Shown piece after piece: positions 37,714-48,400 of a DNA stretch of 64,000 bases. The notes under the pieces were generated by a model. The model was given only the letters and a program-made list of their open reading frames with translations, made no database searches and was not told the origin of the DNA. Position numbers and translations under genes: made by a program. Source of the stretch: Callorhinchus milii (lineage: Eukaryota); assembly GCF_018977255.1 (NCBI RefSeq), contig NW_024704742.1:113710001-113774000 (forward strand), in the 5' to 3' direction. Numbering within the stretch: the stretch's first letter is position 1; each line of letters starts with the position of its first letter.

Positions 37714-38552
37714 TAGTAGTTCAGCACTCATTCTGAGGTCCCTGAGCCTTAGCTAATTCTGCCTAACATTCTCTGGAATTAGGTAAGCAGGATGTGTCCC
37801 TACTGGGAGAGAGTGCGCATTCCAGACATGGAATTTCTATATGTGGCTGGAGTGGATGTCTCAACTCTAGAGGAAAATTCCAACTTATCTTATCTTTCTT
37901 GATAATTGTATCCACATATCTGTTAATATCCTTGTAAATCTAGACTCTACTCTCTCCATTGCTACAGTACAATAACCTTCCTGGAATATAGTGACCAGAA
38001 CTCCAGAGTACTCTAAATGCGGTGTGATAAAAATTTTATATAAATTGAAGATTCCCTGCGTTTATACTATTCCTCTGGCCATAAAGCCTACACATGTTTT
38101 TGGAGCTCGATAACTAACTTTAATAAACAAGAATTATTTTTTACATTTATTTGTTTGTCCTCCACATACCAATGTATAATAGCACAATAGAACCCCAGAA
38201 TGTGGCTAATTATTTTACCTCAAGGCTGACATTAACAACTAAAAGCAACGCCTTTTTGTGCAGTGGTTTAAATCAACATGGTCCAAATGGCTGCACTCGG
38301 CCCGGCGGGTGATTTTTTCTGGCCCGAGACCATTTCCAACATTCCAACTTGAGCTCCCTCCCTCCCTCCCTCCTTAACGAATGTCTTCCCACAGCAGCGG
38401 TAGATATTGGGTGGACTCAGCGCGGAGAGTAGAAATAACACCGGGAGTTATTGCAGTCTGTCAACAAGGCAAGTGCGTTTCTTACCAACCTGGTCCTTAG
38501 CAAACCACCGGCTTCTGCCGCTGCACATAGTGAAGTGCACGGCTGTTGAGAG

Positions 38553-39000
38553 ATGGGGTGGGGGGGAGGGGAGGAAGAGAAATGGTGGCGGGTAGGAGAG
38601 ATTGGGGAGGGAAGGGAGAGCCATTGAGTGAGCAAGGGGGGAGAGAGATTGGAGGGGGGGGAGATGGGGGGGGGAGAGAGAGGGAGGGACAAAGAGTGGG
38701 GAAGAGGGAGGGATTGAGTGAGAGAGAGTGTGAGAGGGGGGAGAGAGTGATTGAGATAGGGGGAAAGCGTGTGTGCGAGAGTGTAAATGAGAGGTGGGAG
38801 AGAGGAGAGAGAAGGAGCAGATTGAAAGAAGGTAATTGTCAGAGAGGGAAGAGAGAGAATGTGAGGGAGAGGGAGAAAAAGAAACAGAGGGAGGGAGAGA
38901 GAATGAGAGAGCAAAGAGAGTAATTGAGAGAGCATGATGGAAATGGGGAGAGATAGAGAAATAAAGAGTGAGAGTGCAGACAGGGAGAGGAGAAGTGAGG
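38553..39000. repeat. GA-rich polypurine low-complexity tract
   Basis: Direct inspection. Confidence 0.9.
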
Positions 39001-39129
39001 GTAGTATTTTGTGGTTCACTGTCAGGACAGATGATTGGAGACTCCCTCGGCCACCGTTCTAAGATACCTAGCTACATGCTGTGCAGTTTCCTTGCAGAAA
39101 GCTACCCCTTTTTCCAGTTAAAAAAACTT

Positions 39130-39457
39130 TTCTACATCCTCCCGACCCAGCTGTTGCCTTTGCCCAGGAACCACTGGCTTGCTTCACGTTCCACCCCCAC
39201 CCCATTTGCGCCACCATTGCCATTTTGCCGCCTGCTCTCTGGAATTCCATTCCTGAAGTCCCTCCAACTCACCCCCTCACTCCCCTTTTTCAAAGCACAT
39301 CAAGACCTAATTCTTTGACCACGCTTTCGGTCATCTTTTCCCCTCCCCATCCCACCTCCCTCGACTCCCACCCCCAGCTCAGATGCCCAACCGGCAGTGT
39401 CGAGCGCTTTGAGGTGTCCTTCCAGCATGAAAAAGGTCCTGTGTAAATGTTGTTATG
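39130..39457 (+). mobile_element. Old L2 3' fragment
   Basis: ctctggaattccattcc and gagcgctttgaggtgtccttccagcatgaaa tail. Confidence 0.75.
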
Positions 39458-40759
39458 TTTCTGGAAGGGAAACACAAAATATTGCTTATGCAGCCCGCAG
39501 AATTTTTTCAAATAGGGAATCCAGCTCTTGGCAACCAAAAGGTTGGCCCACTCCGGTCTAAATAATAATGCTTAGCTTTGCTGCAGCTTGCAGTCTTATA
39601 AGTCCAAGGTAACTGTTAACCTAGCCCATTTAGTGATCATGTAGTTAGCAGAAACAAAGTGCTTTGATGTTTTCCAAAGGCTTTCTGCTAGCCAACTGAT
39701 GATAAAGGAGCATATTTTCTCCATATATTGAGTAAGACACTGTTTAGGAAAGGGTTTACCTGATATTTAACATAGAAAAATAGAGACAAGCTGTCTAGAC
39801 ATTTAAACATCTTTGGTAATATGAACACAAAAATATAGTCTTGGATATCTATCATGATGAATATACATTCTACTTCAGAGATGAAGTGCCAAAAGAAACT
39901 AAACATTGTTTCTCATTATTTGGTGTGAATCTAAAGGCGAACTCTACCTTTATGATACATGAGATACTAGGGGCTATCAAATACAATAGTTTTCTCTTAT
40001 TTCACTTATAAAGATGGGTCAAGAGTCAGTGGAGTGACCATTTTAAGAGTAAAGTATTTAAGATCTCATAAAGTCATTGCTTAGGGTTTCTGAACCATAA
40101 GAGTGAAATCCTAAGAAACTGAGGCGTACAGTTCTATGCTCAGAGAAAGCAATTTCAATACATGTATTTAAATGCATATGAAGAGCTCTGTTCACCAGCA
40201 TCCAAATGTTTATGAAGCATTTAACTTGAAATCTCATATGGCTTCAGATAAAGCAATTTAGGGTCTGATCAGTTACATAAATTGCATTATCCAAGAGGCA
40301 CAACTTGGGATGATTCAAAATCCATATTGACTTAGTTCAAAATCTTAAATCTAGTGGTTCTCAACAGATCTGGACTAGAGACTGGTAATCTAAAGCCACT
40401 GGAATTTATAAATAGTCGGGGTCATAACATACCTTAAAATCGTATTTCCAATGTATCTCTCCTGATGTGAAAGGTGCTATACAAATGTAATTTTGTATTG
40501 TATTATATTCCAGTTTGTTTTGAAAGTAGTAACTGTGGTAATTGTGACAGAAAGAAATATTGATAAAAACTCTTTTGAGTTACAATTGCTTATTTATATG
40601 AGACATTCCAATACAAAAAACATTCAGCTTCAATTCAGAAAGCCCTGGATAATTGACAGATTAACTAAGAGGATATCTACTACTGGAGGTTAAAAGGCCT
40701 GAACCCAAACCTATTAGGTAGAGGCTCAAACAGGATCCTAAATTTGGCCAATTTATAGC

Positions 40760-41420
40760 ACGGCTGAGTTGATAGCACTCTCGCCTCTGAGGCAGAAGGT
40801 TGTGGGTTCAAGACCTATTTTGGGACTTTGAACTCACAGTCTAAGCTTCACTCCAATGCAGTGTTGAGGAAGCTGCATGGTTGGAGATTGAGTCCTTCAA
40901 AAGAGACGTTAAACCAAGATACCCTCTGCCTTTTCTGATGGACATTAAAGATACCATGGTACCATTTCAAAAGAGAAGGGAATTTCTGCTGGTGTCCTGG
41001 CAACAATCTCCCAGATAAAATTGGTTATGCACTCAATGGCTGCTTGTGGAACACATGTGTGGAAATTGGATACCGCATTTGCCTATGAAATGTCAGCCTG
41101 GCTTAGTGTAACATTCTTGCCTTTGAGTCACAAGGTTGTGGGTTCAAGCCCAACATCTGGACTTGAATTCACATAATCTAAGGTGACACTGCAATGTATT
41201 GCTGGAGTGCGTTCCATTGTTGGGAGATGCTAAAAATCCCCCAAATATAATTTGGTCATTCACTTGATGGCTGTTTGTGTGACATTGACGTGTGCAAATT
41301 AGCTGCCATCTTCACCCACAATTCAGTCACTCCACTTCACAGTAAATCATGTGAAGTGCTTAGGGACATCCTCCCAATGTGAAAAGTACTATACCAAAAG
41401 TACTATACCAAGATTATTAC
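40760..41420 (+). mobile_element. Two head-to-tail DeuSINEs (~40760-41092 and ~41093-41420)
   Basis: Two heads (ctcgcctctgaggcagaaggttgtgggttcaag and cttgcctttgagtcacaaggttgtgggttcaag). The first has the Deu core but no tail; the second lacks the core but has the tail. Confidence 0.85.
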
Positions 41421-41744
41421 TGTACTTTATAGCAAAACCTGCAAAGTGCATTGAGACATTCACCTTGACATGAAAGATGCTATATCAAATGTAATGGTTA
41501 TTGTTATATATCAAACCTGTCAAGAAGTAGTATTTGAATCATTCATACTGTTCTATTTTTGGGAAACTATTGGATTGAAAAATTAAGCACTGGCATATCT
41601 TGAAATGTGGTAAGATTCTGGACCAAAGTAATAAAAAGTTTTAAAATAAAAAAAAATCTGGTCCCGAAGACAAAGGCAACACTGGACTTGATGTTCAGAA
41701 GTATCAAAAGGGATCCGATTTTTTTTAAAAAAGAAGAGTGCAAG

Positions 41745-41875
41745 TACAATTGGCTTCAGTATCCCTGGGCTAGGGAGGAGTCAAGAACACAGCTCATGCT
41801 AACTACACCAGCAGATTCTGCATGTACGTACATGGTATGCATGCCAGATGAGGACAAGTTTTGGGCATGGCTCTA
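41745..41875 (+). mobile_element. Ancient SINE relic (AmnSINE2-like middle)
   Basis: tacaattggcttcagtatccctgggctagggagg and gatgaggacaag resemble the recalled AmnSINE2 consensus. Confidence 0.5.
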
Positions 41876-41894
41876 TTGAGCAGAATTAAAACAT

Positions 41895-42110
41895 TTTTAA
41901 GGATTTTTTTCACCCAGAGATTTGTTGGGATGTGAAATGCCCTGCTGAGGAGGATGGTGGAGGCAGAGTGCATCATAGTTTTCAAAAAGGAAGTAGACAG
42001 ATAAATGAAAAAGATGGGCAATGGGACTACATTGATTGCTTGCTCTGAGAGCTGGTGCAGATTCGATGGGCTGAATGGCCTCCTTCTGCGGTGCAAATTT
42101 TTGGTTCTAT
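41895..42110 (+). mobile_element. CR1 3' end
   Basis: ttttttcacccagaga..gatgggctgaatggcctccttctg..ttctat. Confidence 0.85.
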
Positions 42111-43009
42111 AAAGAATATCTGAAAATGTATTTGTGTTCGAGGAACTGTATCCCACCAATAATCAGGAGCAGAAAAAGTTGTAACCCCCAGAAAAGAAGC
42201 TTTAACACTGAACAAAACAATTCTTTGATGTACAAGGAAAAAACCGCAAATGTATTTTCTCATGAAGAATCAATGCTGACGGACAATTCAAGACACACTG
42301 GAAAGCGCCAATAGTATGGTTTACATAATAGTCTATGAGTGGGGGCGAACGAGCAATGCATGGAAGGTATAATGTGTTGTGAAACATTAAATGGATGATT
42401 TATTTTGGACAACTGAGCCCCATTCATTCAGAGCTGATCAATAAATGAACAAGGAAAACAAATTTAAAATTTAATGACACGGGAACCTTTCATTCATCCA
42501 GTTATATTTTTGAATAAAAAACGAAACCACTTCAGTGAGATCTGTGACTGGACGCTAGCATTAGCCTGTGGAAAATAGAAAAAAAATGGCATACTTGCAG
42601 GAAGCCTAGAATCTAATTCTAACCTCGCTCTGTGTCTGCCAACATTAGGTTTCCATAAGCTGATGATGGTGTCATATATCTTACTAAACAATATCTGAAA
42701 GAATGGAAAAATAAAATAAATGGCATGAACACATTTAACCTCTTACTTCTACTGTTGTCCTTTGAATTTTTTGAAACTATGTACGTATATTATATATATA
42801 TATATAGTAAAACATGTATAGCCTGTTCTGCATTAAGTCTATAGCAACTCAAACTCCATTTCCTTGTTTTTTTCATAGATATTGATATTCTTACTGATGA
42901 AGTACCTATGTATTGGGAGAAATAAGATGTATTATGAGATCTAAACAGTATTTATTGTCATTTTTCCATCAACACAAATTATCTATAGATAATTAAAGAC
43001 TCTTGTTAT

Positions 43010-43280
43010 CATGAACCATAGAACCACACAAGGCGACCATTTGGCCTACCGTGTCTGTGCTGGCTCTATGAAAGAGCAATCGTTTCGATTTACCTGCCTT
43101 TTCCCCACCCCTACAAATAATTTTTCGTCCCTTTCGGCACACAATATTGCCAAATGAGTTGGGTGCAGATCAGTCAGATTACAAAATGTACAGTCAATTC
43201 ACTTTCCAGTATATTCTGTGAAATGCTTTGAGACGTCTCGAAGACGTGATAAGGTGCTACATCAAGGATTATTATTATTA
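43010..43280. mobile_element. CR1 tail (-, ~43010-43130) and SINE tail (+, ~43180-43280)
   Basis: catagaac..ccatttggcctaccgtgtctgtgctggct; gagacgtctcgaagacgtgataagg..(TTA)n. Confidence 0.75.
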
Positions 43281-43760
43281 TCAGCAGTCATGCTCAAGCT
43301 GTAACACTTTTTATAATATAATTATGTTCCAATGCTGTAAATGGAGTCTGATTTAAAACCCTCCTTTTTTTCCTTCTTTATTCCTCTCCAAAAATGTATA
43401 TACAGGAATATTAAGTTCCAAGCCCTCTCCTAACGTAAGCCAAGTTTCTGTTGACACTATTATGTTGCAACTCTCTATTCTAGTTATTGATTCTGGTCCC
43501 CATAATTTAGTTCGAATTATGTGTTTCAAATATGACCACAATAGAAAAAAATGATTGCACAAAAGAGAAAAATGATAGCAAGTGTTTCCCCACATTGTTG
43601 AAATGATGATATTTTACATTATTTCAAGTTTTGTGGCTACATGGTTTTAAGAGGCTGGAATGGATGATTTTGTAAGGACAAAGTTCAGTTTTGCTACAGA
43701 GTGGCTGATTTAACAAAGCTCGTTGAGGTCTTGTTCTTTGACTATTTACCAGTCACCCTT

Positions 43761-46612
43761 CAGTTAAATTGACAGCACTTTCACCTCTGAGTCAGAAGGT
43801 TGTGGGTTCAAGCCCCATTAGTTGGGCCTTTGAACTAATGTAATGTAGGCTCACATTCCAATGAAGAAAGCAGTGCTGGTGGTGCGCTGCAGTGTTGGAA
43901 GTGCATCCCTCAGATATAATAATAACAACAACAAAATTACATTTATAGAGCGCCTTTCACGTCGGGAAGACATCCCAAAGCGCTGAACAGTCAGGTGCTG
44001 GGCCCGAGCATGGGGGAGGGGTGGTGTAGGGTGAGGGAAGGTGGAGAGGTGGAAGGGAGACCAAAGGCACAGTTGAAGAGCATGGTCTTGAGACCGGCCT
44101 TGAAGGAGGCAAGAGAGGAAGCGAGAAGAGACCGTGGGATGGAGTTCCAGAGTGTGAGGGCAGAGAGGCTGAAAGCCCGGCCACCGACAGTAGGACAGGT
44201 CGGGTGGGAGACATGGAGAGGCCGGAGCCCGCTGAGCAGAGGGAGCGGGCAGGTTGGTAGGGAGTCGGCAGGTCAGAGAGGTAGGAGGGGGCAAGACCAT
44301 GGATGGCCTTAAAGGTGAGGATGAGGATCTTGAACTCGATCCTCTGGGGATGGGGAGCCAGTGGAGTCTGGCGAGGATGTGGGGGAGAAAGGACGGTTCA
44401 GGGTCAAACAAGATACCCAGGTTCTTGACTGGCTTAATGAGGTTGAGTTTGCAGCCATGGAGGCTGATGCTGCCAGCGCCCGGAGGCGTTGGCGCAAGCC
44501 AATCATGAAGGCCTCAGTCTTGCTGACATTGAGTTGGAGAAAGTTGGCTCTCGACCAGGTCTTGATGTCGGACAGGCAGTCGGTCAGGACGCCAGTAGTC
44601 CTGGAGTTGAGGGTGGAGGCAGAGAGATAGAGTTGGGTGTCATCTGCATACATGTGGAAATTTACCCCATGTCTGCGGATGTCGTCACCAAGGGGGAGCA
44701 GGTAGTGGGTGAAGAGGAAGGGACCGAGGACAGAGCCCTGAGGAACACCACACGAGACGGTGCGGGGGCTGGAGGAAAAGCCATTTGCCACGACGAAGTG
44801 GAAGCAGTGTGAAAGGTAGGACCTGAACCAGTCAAGGACAGAACCTTGAAGGTTGAGGTGGGAGGAGAGGCGGTGGAGGAGGATTGAATGGTTCACGGTG
44901 TCAAAAGCCACGGAGAGGTCGAGGAGGATGAGGAGGCAGAGGGAGCCCTGGTAGCTGGATAGCTGTGATGGGTCAAGGGAAGGTTTCTTCAAGGTGGGGG
45001 TGATAGAGGCTGTTTTGAGGGGGGAAGGAACAGTGCCAGATGACATGGAGTGGTTAATGGTGTCGGCAAGTAGTGGGGCAAGGAGGTGGAGTTGGGATTT
45101 AAGGAGAAGAATGGGGATGGGGTCCAGGAAGCAGGTGGTGGACTTCATGGAGGTTACCGTGTTGAAGACAGAGGAGGGGGTGACAGGTGCAAAGGTGTGG
45201 AAGGAGGGATGGGTAATTGTCGGAAGGGTATATGTGTGGGGTGGGGGTAGGGAGGGGGTGGAAGTTGGAAGGGCAGAGGCAGCTGAGCGGATTCCCTCGA
45301 TTTTGGACTCGAAGTCCAGCATTTTCTCACAGTGAGAGTCAGAGGAAAGTATCTGCGAGGCGTGTCGGGGAGGGCGGAGGAGCCGGTTAGTGGTGGAGAA
45401 CAGGAGCCTGGGGTTGCCCTTCGCCTCCAGGATTAACCTGGAATAGAAGGATGATTTGGCCGACGCAAGAGCAGAGCGATAGGTCCAGCCAGATGTGGTG
45501 ATGAGGTCCAGCCAGATGTGGTGGTGGACTGTTAGGCCGGATTTGAGCCAAGTGCGTTCGGCAGACCACACCTGGCCCTTAGCCAAGCGGAAGTAGCTGG
45601 TGAACCAAGGTGAGGGTCGGGAATAAGAGGCAGTTCAGGAGGTGAGAGGAGCAAGGACATTGAGTGTGGTGGAGAGGGTACTGTGGAGAAGAGTGAGTGC
45701 AGCGATAGGGATGTTGCGAGAGGTGGGCCAGAGGGGGAGGAGTTCAGATAACTCCAGGGCAGCGGAGAGGGATTGCGGGGAGATCTTCTTCCACGGGCGG
45801 TAGAAGATGGTGGTAAGTTTGGAGGCAGTGAGGAGAGGGATACGGGAGATGAAATGGTAGTCAGAAATGGCCTTGTCAGTGATGGTGACATCCGAGACGC
45901 GGAGGCCCCGCGTGATCACCAGGTCGAGCGGGTGACCGTGGGTGTGGGTAGCAGAGTGGATGTGGAGGGAGAGGTTGAGAGAGGAGAGGAGAGAGAAGTC
46001 TGAGGAGGTGAAGCAGGAGGGAGTGAAGTGGAGGTTGAAGTCGCCTAGGATGATGAGGCGGTTGGAGCAGAGGCAGAGGGAAGCAAGCAGGGTGGAGATG
46101 TCTGAGATGAAGGTGGGAGAGGATTTTGGGGGGCGGTAAGAGTGAGAGAATTTTCAGAGAGGTGGGAAGGATGGCAGAGGGTTCGATGGAGGGGAACGAG
46201 CCAGTGGAGTAGGGGGATAGGGCAAGTGACACCCTAGGCAAGTGGTTCAAATTGACGTCAAGTGACAGCAAGTGGCTCAAATTCGGCCTAATAGTCCACC
46301 CCCACATCTAGCTGGACCTCGTAGATAAGACCTTAAACTAAAGTCCTGTCTGTTTGTTCAGGTGGACATTAAAAATCAAATGACTAATCAAAACAAGAAG
46401 AGGGTTTGTCTTGGTGTCCTGGCCAACAATCCCCCAAATAAAATTGTGCCATTCACTTCATGACTTTTTGTGGGACATTGCTATGTGCAAACTGGCTGCC
46501 ACGTCCACCTACAAAATACATCCAATCGCTTCATTTTACAGTATATCCGGTGAAGCACCTTGAGACCAACTCCTGATATGAAAGATTTCAAATTTAAGGA
46601 TTATTCTTATTA
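43761..46612 (+). mobile_element. DeuSINE split by the 43917-46320 L2 insertion (head 43761-43916, rest 46323-46612)
   Basis: The two halves rejoin as ..ccctcagataagaccttaaac..caggtggacattaaa; agata is present on both sides. Confidence 0.85.
43917..46235 (-). mobile_element. L2 LINE from late APE endonuclease to 3' tail, with internal deletions
   Basis: Endonuclease motifs ILGDFNLH and ISDYH; RT motifs LDLSVAFDT, PQGSVLGP and YADDTQLY; stem-loop and tail. Confidence 0.96.
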
Positions 46613-47257
46613 TATAACACCATTGACCTTCAAAACAGTCCTTATTAGTACACTAACTAGTCTGCTTTAAACATTTCCAATTTTCTCAAAACTGAAAACC
46701 CCATGATTTTAAATTTTTTGGCATCATTTGCAAAGGTTACTGTGGTTTGAAAGGGTTAGACCTATTTCATCAGGGACAAAATTATAGTTATAATACAGTA
46801 CTTATTCAAAAACTGCAGGGAATCGACATCTGAATTCACTCCAGAAACTTTATGTTCTGTAGTACTTCCAGATGACTTACCGCATAGATTTTCGTGAATA
46901 TTAGTTTCTTGGAAGTGCAGCATGAAACTTAAGTTAATTACTTTCACTGCTGTTTACGTAAACTCCAAACTAGCTAATTATATAGTTAATGACTTAGCAT
47001 CAAGATATTAACAAACAGTACCGAAAGGAGATAATTTTCATTGCACAGCACAATATATATTGGAAATTAAAATGTTACTGAATATGATTTATCCATGACA
47101 TTCTTCCATTTGCACAAAGGTCCAGATACTTTAAGAAATACAGTACATATATGTACCTGGAAGTGAACTTACTGATGTAGTACAGTTACCTATAACTGAT
47201 TATTAAATCAGAACCAACACTATAATCAGTTACCATATTCCTGTGTGAAGGCTGCGG

Positions 47258-47963
47258 ACAGGGCAAAACCTTAGGCAAGTTTCCTTACTCCACATGCCTG
47301 TTTACCTAGCAGTAAGCAGGAACCCGGTTGTCAGTTGATTGTCAGATCGCTTTCCATGGGTAATAATCACCCTCCAAAAAACAGTTCAATCCATGACTGT
47401 TTCTGGGACACTGCCGCATTTCGCCCACAAAATAACACTTTGCAGTATATCGTCTGAAGCACTTTACAACAACAACAACAAGATTGCATTTATAGAGCGC
47501 CTTTCACGTCGGGAGTACATCCCAAGGCGCTGGACAGTTGGGTCGGGACCCAAGCAGGGGGGAACTGGTCAGGGTGAGTGAGGGGAGGGAAGTGAGGGAG
47601 CGAGGAGGGGGTAGAGAGTCAAGAGGGGAGCTGAAGGCATGGTTGAAGAGAAAGGTCTTGAGACCGGCCTTGAAGGAGGAAAGGGAGGAGGCGGCGAAGG
47701 CACTGGGGGATGGAGTTCCAGAGCCTAGGGGCTGAGAGGCTGAAGGCCCGGCCACCGATGGTAGGGCGGTTGGGGCGGGGGATGTGGAGCAGACCGGAGC
47801 CAGAGGAATGGAGGGTATGGGCAGGTAAGTAGGGGGATAGTAGGTCAGAGAGGTAGGAGGGAGCAAGGCCATGAATGGCCTTGTAGGTGAGGATGAGGAT
47901 CTTGAATTTGACATCTCAATGATGTGATAAGGTGCTATATCAAGTGCAAGGATTATTATTATT
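47258..47963 (+). mobile_element. Long-subfamily CORE/Deu SINE split by an L2 (47258-47465 and 47909-47963)
   Basis: ccttaggcaagtttccttactccacatgcctgtttacctagcagtaag, then gaagcacttt|L2|tgacatctcaatgatgtgataagg. Confidence 0.85.
47466..47908 (-). mobile_element. L2 3' fragment (family of 7255 and 19868)
   Basis: Near-colinear with 19868-20310. Confidence 0.93.
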
Positions 47964-48059
47964 CTATGTTGACACAAGTTTAGCTCTGCTATTTTATAAC
48001 ATGGATTGTGTTTTATCCCCTAACAGTAGGTATAATAATATAATTACATCATCAAAATG

Positions 48060-48400
48060 TCTTCAACGATCCTCACAAGATTTTGCTGCAATGTACTGAC
48101 TGTGTATTTTGTAGGTAAACATGACAACACATTTGTGCATAGCAATGAACCACAAGCAGCCACAAATAGCCTTGATCATTTTGTATCCCAGGAATAATGC
48201 CCTTCTCTTTTCAAATAATGGGATTTTTTTAACAACTTGAACAAGCATACTTAGTTTAACGTCTCCTCAGAAACATGGCATATCTGACAATACAGCTCTC
48301 CTCCAGTACTGCATTGCAGCATCAACCTAAACTATGAGCTTAAGGTTCCGACTGAGAAGCACCTTCTGACTCAGAGGCGAAAGTGGCACCAACTGAGGCA
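48060..48400 (-). mobile_element. Degraded DeuSINE
   Basis: accttctgactcagaggcga head; gtttaacgtctc; atgggatttttt. Confidence 0.75.

Larger units (their letters stand above)
38274..39555. mobile_element. Candidate non-autonomous hAT (Charlie-type) DNA transposon
   Basis: Flanks gtttaaat and gtctaaat (7/8, 8-bp TSD-like); subterminal cggcccg/ggcccg/cagcccgc motifs; right end aaaggttggcccactccg. Confidence 0.6.

Noticed and set aside
38417..39019. Leu/Ser/Pro-rich ORF, and Cys/Val or His/Thr ORFs at 22676-23188 and 33685-33951
   Set aside because: Translations of simple repeats.
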